From positions 38,743 through 102,742 of the IMG/VR virus record IMGVR_UViG_3300032038_000035: DNA of 64,000 nt; one strand, 5' to 3'. This DNA is from a virus. Taxonomy: Duplodnaviria; Caudoviricetes. The first letter of the stretch is position 1, and each line of letters begins with the position of its first letter. The position numbers and the translations under genes were made by a program. Of this stretch, positions 19,814-29,500 are shown piece after piece. A model generated the notes under the pieces. The model made no database searches. It saw only the letters and a program-made list of their open reading frames with translations, and was not told the origin of the DNA.

Positions 19814-20998
19814 CTACATACGACTCTTTATAGAAACTTTTACATCAGATATTAACATGGATAAGAAATCCAAATTATCTGTCTTAATGAGATTGCTTGT
19901 TATAGAATCTCCAATTAATGCATTATGTGCGAAATTATCTGTCATATTTATATTACAAGTATAGCACACAGATATATCGTCATCAAAAAGTAAATTGTTA
20001 TCAATCTCAGTCATCAGTACATCATTTATATCTGCTATGCCTGTAGCAATAAATAGAAATTGCTTAATTGAGTACATGTAGATCGTATCGTCAAACTGTA
20101 TATTGTATAAATAATCGGATAACTCATACAATGTGCTACAACTTATATCATGCTCATCTAAATAATCTTCATCATTAGGTAACTCTAGTTTAGAGTATAC
20201 ACAATATGATAAATCATATCTACGGCATCCACATAGCATCATATATTCTTTAAATAATATCGTCATATATAGAGGCGTACCTGTTGTCATTAGTAATAGA
20301 GTCTTATCGGATGATGTCACAAAATTTGTCTTTGTAGTATATGTAACATACTCATCATTATCAAATATCATATAGTCTTCATTACTGCCATTTAAACTGT
20401 CATATCTAGAGTCTTTATATGATATAGTATTCTCTATATAGTGTATTAATTCGCCAATGTGTATTGCATTAAAATCTGACCCATATACTATAGATGCTTT
20501 AGCATAACTATTTCCGGATTCTGCTAATTCGTTTATACTATTAGCAAATAATTCAGGATCTAATTTATACTCACATCCATCTACGCTAATATGGACTTCA
20601 AAGTTTATAAAGTATGGCTCAATATTATGATATTCTGTATACAATTCTTCACAACATAATTCCAAATTATATAGAGATCCTATTAAAGAATATGAACTAG
20701 CTATATCATTAGACTCTAAATGAATCGCATTGGAATATCCATAATCCAGTCCATCATCTGTAGGTGTACATAATAACATCTGTGCATCTATAGTTATCTT
20801 TATAGGAGATATTATTACTTTAGCGTCTTCTTTATAATATCTGGTAGAGTTCTTTCCATATACAGGAAAGAACATAAATTTTACGTGATCTTTCTTAGCA
20901 TAAGATAATATACTTGCATCTGTATTATCTATAAACTTATATGAATTATCGTCATATAATACAAATATATCTTTATTTACGTAATCCAATTTATACAC
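19814..20998 (-). CDS. hypothetical protein
   Basis: 394 aa; GAGGAGG lies immediately next to the GTG, so the start is uncertain. Confidence 0.65.
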   Translation of the reverse strand: MYKLDYVNKDIFVLYDDNSYKFIDNTDASILSYAKKDHVKFMFFPVYGKNSTRYYKEDAKVIISPIKITIDAQMLLCTPTDDGLDYGYSNAIHLESNDIASSYSLIGSLYNLELCCEELYTEYHNIEPYFINFEVHISVDGCEYKLDPELFANSINELAESGNSYAKASIVYGSDFNAIHIGELIHYIENTISYKDSRYDSLNGSNEDYMIFDNDEYVTYTTKTNFVTSSDKTLLLMTTGTPLYMTILFKEYMMLCGCRRYDLSYCVYSKLELPNDEDYLDEHDISCSTLYELSDYLYNIQFDDTIYMYSIKQFLFIATGIADINDVLMTEIDNNLLFDDDISVCYTCNINMTDNFAHNALIGDSITSNLIKTDNLDFLSMLISDVKVSIKSRM

Positions 20999-21087
20999 CT
21001 CCTCAATTACTTTCCATATAATATATAATTCATTTTTACTATATTTAACTTAGAGATAAAAAATATACTATTATGGAGGTAATAGAT

Positions 21088-21588
21088 ATGAAGAATAAAG
21101 AACGTTTTGATATGATGGATATTACTAGGAGAGCTATATTAACAGATAGAAAAGAAGTAATAAAGCATATCTTACATATAGTAGTTAAGGATTTTGGTCT
21201 TAGTGTCATATTTGCTTATCTTAATCCTAACTTTGGTGAATTAACTGACTATATTATTATAACTAAGAAACCTAATACTGATACTATGGTATTATTTAGT
21301 GCTATAGCATATGGTGAATGCTCTACTACTCAGTTTGACTTATTTGCATCTAAGAATAAGATAGAAGATTTTAAAAATAATCTTATTAATAATGCTACTC
21401 AATATCCGGTTAAACTATTTGATGAATCTCTTAGAGAGAAAGGTCTTTCTACTAATCCTAAGTCTGACAACTATTGGTTGGATACTAAATTAGAATCTAA
21501 TCAGAAAGTTATTAAGATATTAGAAGAACTCTTCCCTGAGTTATCTAATAAGAAGAGAATTGTATCTTCCAGACTTGGTAAGAGATAA
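21088..21588 (+). CDS. hypothetical protein
   Basis: GGAGG RBS; terminator 21588-21625. Confidence 0.7.
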   Translation: MKNKERFDMMDITRRAILTDRKEVIKHILHIVVKDFGLSVIFAYLNPNFGELTDYIIITKKPNTDTMVLFSAIAYGECSTTQFDLFASKNKIEDFKNNLINNATQYPVKLFDESLREKGLSTNPKSDNYWLDTKLESNQKVIKILEELFPELSNKKRIVSSRLGKR

Positions 21589-21622
21589 AAAATATATGGA
21601 TGGTTTAAACCATCCATATATT

Positions 21623-22045
21623 TTATGTCAATAATCCAACTATCAGTATTAACACCGTTAATACTGATATAACAGTAGTGATTATATTTATCACTGCTGT
21701 ATAGGTTCCTATCTTTAATACACTCATACTATCATCTATATAATCTTCATTAGTAGTATATGATTTATCATCGGGATGACTCTCATAAAATACATTTACC
21801 TTTTTCATAAATATACTTCTACTAATGATAGTTGATACTAATAATATTATAGCAGCTGACATCATAATTATGGTTAAATATGATGCTACTCCACTATATA
21901 TTAGTAATAATATAGATAATACTATTAACTCTGCACTAAATAGGATACCATCCTTAATACATTTATCCATTGTTAGTTTTGCATTCTTTGCGCCTTTAAT
22001 ATATGAAGATATAGATATAGTATTCATGATATTCACTTCTCTCAT
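21623..22045 (-). CDS. membrane protein
   Basis: Three hydrophobic segments. Confidence 0.6.
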   Translation of the reverse strand: MREVNIMNTISISSYIKGAKNAKLTMDKCIKDGILFSAELIVLSILLLIYSGVASYLTIIMMSAAIILLVSTIISRSIFMKKVNVFYESHPDDKSYTTNEDYIDDSMSVLKIGTYTAVINIITTVISVLTVLILIVGLLT

Positions 22046-22053
22046 ATATTTTA

Positions 22054-22470
22054 TTATATAAAAGTTCTTTTCAAATTCTCATAATCTATATCTAACTCAC
22101 ATAGTCTATCTAATTTATCTCTATAACTAATATATTCATCTATATTAGTTATATTAAATATAGGATGACTATATATAAATTGATATAGACTATATCTATT
22201 ATATATATGTGGATTATTTTCATATAGTATATTTAATATTCTATATTCTATAGTAGTCATATACATATCTTTATAAGGAGATATTAGTATATAATCTAAA
22301 TCATTATCTGTTATATAGTCTATATCTTCTATATGTATATTAGATATATTATCATCGGATATATTATTGAATATACTTCTTGTATTAATAAATTCTTTTA
22401 TATCTTCTTTACTATATGTAACTAATAATATATCTCTCTTATATAATACTCTATACTTATTATAATACAT
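22054..22470 (-). CDS. extremely AT-rich hypothetical protein
   Basis: AGAGGGGG RBS; Tyr/Ile/Asn-rich. Confidence 0.55.
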   Translation of the reverse strand: MYYNKYRVLYKRDILLVTYSKEDIKEFINTRSIFNNISDDNISNIHIEDIDYITDNDLDYILISPYKDMYMTTIEYRILNILYENNPHIYNRYSLYQFIYSHPIFNITNIDEYISYRDKLDRLCELDIDYENLKRTFI

Positions 22471-22694
22471 ATATGTATCCCCCTCTTTCTGTTTATTAAT
22501 CTTATTATATATAAACCATTATATCTTTAATATAAATCCGGATTTATAATAACTCTAAGGGGAATTTGAAAATTAGGGACCTTTGGTCCCTAATTTTCTG
22601 TAATAGTGCAGGTTAAGTTTAGAGTATTTGATAGTATTGACATAAACTGGTATTTTAAAGTATTGGTAGGTTAGACTTTGTATTATATATAGAA

Positions 22695-22978
22695 GAAAAA
22701 ATAAGTGGGAGACCCTTAGGCCTCTCATGTGTTGGTCTTATTGTCTTTTATGTATCTCTTAATTCTCTCTATTTTCTGGTCGTTTTTGGTCTCGGATGTG
22801 TTTGTGGGGCGGACCGCCCCCCTGAAAATTCGCTCCGCTCATTCTTTTTTTCTCCGACCTTCGGTCTCTAATAGGAAGCCCTACCTGACAATACGCTTCA
22901 GTTTCCCTAAACTCCGGATTTAGCCACTACCCCTTAAGGTCTGTTATCCTCACGTCTAGTCCCCCTGGCAACATCATT
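22695..22978 (-). ncRNA. candidate G-rich late ncRNA or origin-associated transcript
   Basis: AAAATAT-AACA-ATAACG-TA promoter at 22989-22978; G runs; terminal hairpin GAGGCC-TAAG-GGTCTC followed by a T tract; no ORF. Confidence 0.45.
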
Positions 22979-23029
22979 ACGTTATTGTTATATTTTTTTT
23001 TAAAAAAAAATAATTTATATTTTTATCTT

Positions 23030-23508
23030 TTTGGATAGAGATAAATCTATAAATTGGATATAGCAATATGTAACAATGCAACGTCTTGTTGAGTAATATC
23101 TAGAGAATTTAAAGTGAGCTCATGTAATGAAAGACATACAAATGAACGTATTAGATACGGGTGAGCTTAGATCGAAATCAATAAGCTCTTATGCTACAAT
23201 CATTACGGTGAACGAACTTTCAAGCTAAGCCTGACTCATAATCATGAGATTAACCTTTCTTCAGTGAACGTCTAGAAACCCCCTCCCTGGTGGTTAGCGT
23301 AGTGAGTTCAGGGGTAATCGAGTCTTTCGACAAGCCTACTTTTCATTCATAGTTTTACACCCTATTCGCATAATGTACTTTCGTACTTCTGTTTTTCACA
23401 CTATCATATGTACACCTTTTGAGCATACAAAGGACATGACTGTTCCATTCCCGCGGTCATATCCAGACAATCACCTTGCCATGTACTCGCGTACCTAGAT
23501 TCCGGTTT
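23030..23508 (-). ncRNA. candidate large structured late ncRNA (about 470 nt)
   Basis: AAAATAT-AACA-TATAGT-TA promoter at 23519-23508; hairpins GTAC-GCGA-GTAC, GTAC-GAAA-GTAC, GTC-GAAA-GAC; raised GC; no ORF of 60 aa or more. Confidence 0.6.
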
Positions 23509-23576
23509 AACTATATGTTATATTTTTATTTAAAAAAATATAGTGAATACCAAAATTTGGTATTCACTATATTATG

Positions 23577-23954
23577 CTATATAGCATAGCCTACTTTATC
23601 TATATTGTAAGTATAGACACCTTTACCTGAATAGGTAACTGATATAGCATACATATCACCAGATACAAATTCAGGTTTTAGTTTCTTAGTAGTATCTCCT
23701 GTTATGTAATTACACCAAGGAAGTATTCCTCTATTATATAAAGCTTCATCTATAGCTTCATATAATAGAGTACATTCTCTACCAGTGCCTTGGTATACTA
23801 TAGCAGTACTATGTGTGTTATAGCATTTATACTCTATGCTCTCATATAGATCTGGCCATATATGCTTCTGTTGTTCATACCATGTTTCATATAATGCTTT
23901 GGATTGACCTATAGCATTATCTACTAAAACAGAAATTTCATTAGGCTCTACCAT
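23577..23954 (-). CDS. hypothetical protein
   Basis: AGAAAGGAG RBS; terminator 23535-23573. Confidence 0.7.
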   Translation of the reverse strand: MVEPNEISVLVDNAIGQSKALYETWYEQQKHIWPDLYESIEYKCYNTHSTAIVYQGTGRECTLLYEAIDEALYNRGILPWCNYITGDTTKKLKPEFVSGDMYAISVTYSGKGVYTYNIDKVGYAI

Positions 23955-24017
23955 AATGAATCACTCCTTTCTTATATAGATATAATATACATTCCAAAAA
24001 AATATCATATTAGAGCA

Positions 24018-24215
24018 AAAAATAAATCATCAATAGATGATTTATTTTATTCATGGCTATTGCCATAGTATTCCTCCTTCCGGAGCTGTAGACGTCAGTC
24101 ACTTCGCCTCCACTATTGCAGAGACCACGCTCTCACGAGCAGGCTGACATCCATATAGGCATTACATACATCACGTGGTGTATGTAACGTTTTCCCTATA
24201 TGTCTACGTTTATTA
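24018..24215 (-). ncRNA. candidate structured early RNA (about 190 nt)
   Basis: Early promoter 24223-24255; nested stems; GCTC-GTGA-GAGC GNRA hairpin; terminator 24018-24048. Confidence 0.5.
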
Positions 24216-24222
24216 TTACTTA

Positions 24223-24255
24223 TAGAATATATAAAGCAACATACGTAATTTACGG
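24223..24255 (-). promoter_or_regulatory. putative early promoter CCGTA-N19-TATATTCTA
   Basis: Exact motif copy. Confidence 0.75.
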
Positions 24256-24267
24256 GGGGTACGTACA

Positions 24268-24301
24268 AAAAATATAGCCACCCGAAGGTGGCTATATTTT
24301 A
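24268..24301. terminator. intrinsic terminator
   Basis: ATATAGCCACC-CGAA-GGTGGCTATAT; the core recurs near 50985. Confidence 0.85.
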
Positions 24302-24308
24302 ATCGGAA

Positions 24309-24788
24309 TCAGTTATTGGGTTCAACCGAAGTGGGCATGTTAGGTAACGGGTATTCAAATTCTAGAGTCTGTGGATTGATCTGCGGATTTGGACGACTAT
24401 TTTCGAGATACCGTATAAGTTTGGACACTATATGCTTTCTTTTAATTGTTGATATCGAGCTAGTATCCACTCTCAAATATATATTGGATTCCAACTTATA
24501 AGCAGCATCCAATATTAATTCCGGTGGCACATGCCCAGATTCTGCAAGGCTAAGCAGAATCTGTTTTGCTGCAGCTGCTTCATCAACATATTCCATCACT
24601 TCACGATCTTCAAAGTATCTGAAGAAGTTGTTTATCTTATCTACTATAAGATAAACAACCGCGTCGTGTATCTCTTCTTGTCTTGCTGCTTCTTCTATAG
24701 ATTTTTTCTTGTCAAGCGCATCTTGATATATATCCATGTAATCAATTTCGAAATCTTCGTTGATATTATAATACTTATTTTTATTCAT
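24309..24788 (-). CDS. early hypothetical protein
   Basis: GGAGGT RBS. Confidence 0.7.
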   Translation of the reverse strand: MNKNKYYNINEDFEIDYMDIYQDALDKKKSIEEAARQEEIHDAVVYLIVDKINNFFRYFEDREVMEYVDEAAAAKQILLSLAESGHVPPELILDAAYKLESNIYLRVDTSSISTIKRKHIVSKLIRYLENSRPNPQINPQTLEFEYPLPNMPTSVEPNN

Positions 24789-25000
24789 GATATACCTCCA
24801 TATGATGTATCGATTAATTGCATGTGTCCAGATTCATCGAGACCCCAATGCTCTGGATCAGGTATATTTGTAACATACATTTCTCCAATCCTTATCAAAT
24901 CTTCTTTGGTCATTTCTGTAATAGGACGTAATTCGTCACCTTCTTTTGCGAAGTACTTCTTAATATTATCATCCAGCTTATCGAATTCTTCTTTTGTCAT
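24785..25000 (-). CDS. early hypothetical protein
   Basis: AGGAGGT RBS. Confidence 0.65.
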   Translation of the reverse strand: MTKEEFDKLDDNIKKYFAKEGDELRPITEMTKEDLIRIGEMYVTNIPDPEHWGLDESGHMQLIDTSYGGIS

Positions 25001-25010
25001 AAGATACCTC

Positions 25011-25259
25011 CTATGCGTTGTTGTTGGAATAAATGCTTACCCAACATTTTTCTTGTCCACACGGGTGTTTTGATGTGGTATTATTATATCTCCTCTCTTC
25101 TTCCTTAGGACATTTGTAACATTTGTAAACGTTATCTCTATTATTCATAAATGCATTGTAGGCATAGAGATAACTCTTGCCTATTCCTTTATAGGTTTCT
25201 CCATTAGCGTCGGGGAAGTCTTCATATAAAGACCGCCAATACTTTATGTTTTCGTACAT
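25011..25259 (-). CDS. early Cys-containing hypothetical protein
   Basis: AGGAGG RBS; CYKCP...PCGQEKCW. Confidence 0.65.
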   Translation of the reverse strand: MYENIKYWRSLYEDFPDANGETYKGIGKSYLYAYNAFMNNRDNVYKCYKCPKEEERRYNNTTSKHPCGQEKCWVSIYSNNNA

Positions 25260-25262
25260 ATA

Positions 25263-25673
25263 TTAGCCTCCTGTTAGATCTGTGCAACGACACTTTCTTG
25301 ATCCATAATGATATGAATCAAATGCCTGATAGACATCGTTGTGTCTATCTATTTTCTCTGCATTTGCTTTCAGAAATACGATCGTGTCTTCGATAAACTT
25401 ATGAAGCTCATTGTAATCGATCTCAGCAGTACCAGCTCTTTCGATGCAATCAAGAGCAAGTCGGGCAAGTATTGCATGGCCGCAACTAATAGTTGCGATC
25501 TCATGCATTTTGGTATTTGTCATTGACTCGTGAATGATGCCACCACCAGTTATCGTTTCGGATATCTGGAAACGATAACCTCTGAAGGGTGACAAATATC
25601 TTTCTTTTCCATCGACCATAACTGTCATAGTAGGTGTATTTTCGTATCTGTTAAACTCATATGTTATAGCCAT
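25263..25673 (-). CDS. early protein, YLSPFRxYRFQ family
   Basis: Paralog of 36439-36960. Confidence 0.7.
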   Translation of the reverse strand: MAITYEFNRYENTPTMTVMVDGKERYLSPFRGYRFQISETITGGGIIHESMTNTKMHEIATISCGHAILARLALDCIERAGTAEIDYNELHKFIEDTIVFLKANAEKIDRHNDVYQAFDSYHYGSRKCRCTDLTGG

Positions 25674-25687
25674 ATTTATACCTCCTC

Positions 25688-26104
25688 CTATGGGGTTAAA
25701 TTCCCCAAATCGGATCTATTCCTTCTCCATCGCCCCAAATTGAACTTATTCTTTCTTCTTCGTCTTGCCTTTTTCTCGTCGGCAGCTTCGTTCATACGAG
25801 CGAGATCAGCAGATCTTTCGGAGTTCAATTCTTTCTTAGCAATATAATCGATATTGCCAAGCAAGACTGGGAAGCCCTTAAATATACCTGAATTATATAT
25901 CGTATTTATCGCGATATGTATTTCAGTTGCGCTCAGACCTTCATCTTTAACATCATTAAATATCGCTTCCTCAACATCATCATTCGGAAAATAATCTAAC
26001 AACGGAATACCTTTGTCGATAACAGCCTTTAATATTTTTTCAGAATTGGGATTGATAGGATTACCCGCATCAACGATCTGCTTCATTCTGTCTAATCTAC
26101 TCAT
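25688..26104 (-). CDS. early protein, tandem paralog of 26107-26415, basic C-terminal tail
   Basis: Shared AIFND...GL..EIH.A motif. Confidence 0.7.
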   Translation of the reverse strand: MSRLDRMKQIVDAGNPINPNSEKILKAVIDKGIPLLDYFPNDDVEEAIFNDVKDEGLSATEIHIAINTIYNSGIFKGFPVLLGNIDYIAKKELNSERSADLARMNEAADEKKARRRRKNKFNLGRWRRNRSDLGNLTP

Positions 26105-26106
26105 AT

Positions 26107-26415
26107 TTATACCTCCTCGTTAAGACTGAGAATGTGATTTATTAAAGCATTATCGCCGTATAATTGTTTCACGGCAAGTTTATCGATGGCGAAAAGTAAT
26201 GATAGGAAATCATCATACCTATCAGAAATCCATAGCGCATTTACTGCGTTATGTATTTCGTCTGCGGTCAGACCTGCTTCGATAGCGTCATTGAATATCG
26301 CTTTCGAAACAGTGTGTTCATTAGAGAATGACATCGCCGGGATGGCCACACAAATCATATCCTCTAATACTTTTTCGGGCTCAACAGTTCTCTGCATGTT
26401 ATCAAAACTACTCAT
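26107..26415 (-). CDS. early protein, tandem paralog
   Basis: AGGAGGT RBS; variant early promoter near 26459-26494. Confidence 0.7.
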   Translation of the reverse strand: MSSFDNMQRTVEPEKVLEDMICVAIPAMSFSNEHTVSKAIFNDAIEAGLTADEIHNAVNALWISDRYDDFLSLLFAIDKLAVKQLYGDNALINHILSLNEEV

Positions 26416-26599
26416 ATTTACCTCCTAATAGGTTAAAGCGGGTTTATTATCACATATATAGAATATATAATACAAATTAATGTTAATTTTACGTATCGCT
26501 CGTAATTTACGACTCATATGACGTTTTACATTACAATTTATCACTTTAACATAGTATTAAATCATATATTTTTTATAAATATGATTGGAGGTTTTCAAG

Positions 26600-29500
26600 A
26601 TGCAAGATTGTAAATTTAGTGTCAAGTGTACGGTTAGAAAGCGTAATGGAACGCAAGATTCGTTCGACATTAACAAAATTCTATCCGGCATCAATAAAAG
26701 TGCTCAACGATCGGAACCGAAATTCTCTAAGCTATCATCCGCAGAACAAGAGAGATTTCTAGCCATCCTTGAGCAATTATTTTTCACCTATGAGATAAAA
26801 GATGGAGATGTTCTTGAGACATCTTTTATTGAAAAAATAGTTGGTACAGCTCTTGGTAAATTTGACACCAACATCCAGAAGACGTATTCAGAATACAATC
26901 TGTGGAAATCTAAGTATGCAGATTCGTTCTGTAAAATAAAATCCGAAGTAGAAGAAGTATACCTCCGTGGAGATCGCTCCAATGCAAATACAAATTCAGC
27001 ATACGTTTCCACCAAACGTTGTATTGGATATAATATATTCAATAAAGAAATGTACCAGATGAATTTTCTCACTCCACAAGAACTCCGTGAATGTCGTGAT
27101 GGATTCATCTATATACATGATATGGTAGCTCGTAATGATACATTTAATTGTATGCTATTCCGTATGGCAGACGTAATGACAAACGGATTCGAAATGGGAG
27201 ACATGTGGTACACAGAACCCAAATCCCTCGACGTCGCTTTTGATGTAATGCTAGCCATTACCAAAACCGCAGCAGCACAGCAATATGGCGGATTTACGAT
27301 TCCTCAAATAGATAAGCTTCTCTCTAAATACGCTGAGAAAAGTTACAAATCTTATCTCAAAGAGTATATAGACTTTGCTCCTCCTGACACACCCGTAACA
27401 CTTGCAGCATCTCTAGCAGATATTTATGCGATGCATAAAGTCCAAAGAGACATGGAGCAAGGTTTCCAAGCAATGGAATATGACTTAAATACAATAGGTT
27501 CCTCTAGAGGAGATTATCCATTTGTGACTATAACGTTTGGATTAGATACTTCTAAATTTGGTAAGCTTGTATCTTCAACTGCATTAAAGGTAAGAGCAAA
27601 TGGAGAAGGTAAGCCTGGTTATAAGAAGATAGTAGCATTTCCTAAGTTAGTTTTTCTATATGATGAAGAACTTCATGGAGAAGATAGACCTTCTTATGAT
27701 ATATATCAAGATGCAGTAAGATGTCAAGCTAAAGCAATGTATCCGGACATGCTTTCTCTATCAGGCGAAGGATACGTGTCATCCGTCTATCAGAAATACA
27801 AAACACCTATTTCTCCTATGGGATGTCACCCCCCACTGGAGGTACTCACCTATAAACTCAATAAACAACTTTTTGTTGAGTCTATCGCTCGTCTATATGG
27901 ACGTATACGAGAGTGCATGGTTGAGAAAATTCAACCCGGTTTAGACGAACGCTATACGTACTTCGATACATCCTATATGGACCTTGAAATATACGATACT
28001 CTTCATGGTTTTGTGAAGATGAAAAAGATTATCAAAAATTATAATGACAACGATTGGTATCAAGTTGTATTAGACAATGGACGCTATATACAGGTAACTC
28101 ACGATCACCCGTTTGAAACAGAAAACCGTGGCGTGGTTCATGCATGTGATCTTATACCGGGTGAAGACAAAATTCGAGTTAATTATGAGGGCTACTCAGA
28201 AGAGACTGAAACATGCCCAGATGATCTGGCATGGTTCCTCGGATTAATGTTATGCGACGGATGTTACCAGTGTGGCGTAGTCGTATCGATAGCGGCAGAG
28301 GGCGAAGACGAAATCCAAAATATGTTCCTTGAGGTTGTTGATAGATACTACAAGCTTCCCACTAGAGTTAAACTCCAAGAAAGAGGTCCCAAGGGCACAT
28401 ATAAAGATCTCAAGATTCTCAGTGACGGCTCGGGTGCTTTGGAGAAACTCAAGAGAGACTTCGCCGATCTCTTCGGCGGCATAAACAAAAAAGATCGTCA
28501 GATCCCACCAGAGGTATTTAGGTGGAATAGATCTGCCAAGTTGGCATTCTTAGGTGGTATGATAGATGCTGATGGATATGTAGTACGAGCAGGTTCTTAT
28601 GCAAATACTGGATATACACATCTCGGCAGTACCAATAGAGAATTAGCTATACAGCAATTACTGCTTATTCAATCTCTCGGAATGCCTGCCAAAGTATATG
28701 CTAATCATTACAAGAAAGGATCTAGCAAGATACGACATTCTGTGGAATTTTATGCAACAAATGAGCTTGGCGCGTATATAACATGCGCAAAGAAGTATCA
28801 AGCAATTCCAGAAGAGCCAGGTGCGTTTACAGATACTAATCAAGTCCGTACTGTAGCTAAAGTTATGAAGATTGATGATCCTGATGAGCATTACAGCTAT
28901 GATGTAGAGACAGAATCCGGACACTTTGAAGTATCAGGAATCTATTCTCATAACTGTAGAGCATTCCTCAGTCCTTGGTTTGAAAGAGGCGGAATGACTC
29001 CAGCAGATGAAAATGACGTTCCTGTATTCGAAGGTCGAGCTAATATAGGAGCTATATCTCTTAATCTACCTATGATATATCAGAAGTCTGTAGAAGAACA
29101 CAAAGACTTCTATGAGGTATTGGATTTCTATTTAGAGATGATAAGAAATCTACATCAACGTACATATGAATATTTAGGAAAGATGAAAGCCGGATGTAAT
29201 CCTATGGTATTCTGTCAGGGTGGAGCATATGGTGGACATCTAAAACCGGATGATGTGATTGCTCCTATAATTAAATCTTGGACTGCATCATTTGGTATTA
29301 CTGCATTGAATGAATTGCAAGTACTGTATAATGGAAAGACCATAAATGAAGATGGTGAATTTGCATTAGAAGTATTAACATACATCAACAAGCAGGTTGA
29401 GAAATTCAAGAAGTTGGACGGACATTTATATGCTATATATTCTACTCCTGCTGAGGCATTATGTGGTACTCAGGTAAAACAATTCCGGAAGAAGTATGGC

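Noticed and set aside
22729-22923. 64-aa plus-strand ORF in the non-coding locus
   Set aside because: No RBS, low-complexity pyrimidine-rich composition, and antisense to the predicted transcript.
23030-23508. tmRNA, RNase P RNA or group I/II intron identity for the large RNA
   Set aside because: No tRNA-like ends, no GAGGAAAGUCC, no recognisable P/Q/R/S elements or domain V, and it does not interrupt a gene.
24085-24155. HDV-like or hammerhead ribozyme in the early RNA
   Set aside because: GGCGAAGTGAC resembles HDV J4/2-P2, but P1/P3/P1.1 cannot be built; no CUGANGA/GAAA hammerhead core.
24531-25073. 180-aa plus-strand ORF and similar short antisense ORFs (e.g. 37114-37503, 61547-61936, 63657-63947)
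   Set aside because: Shadows of well-supported opposite-strand genes, with no RBS or promoter.
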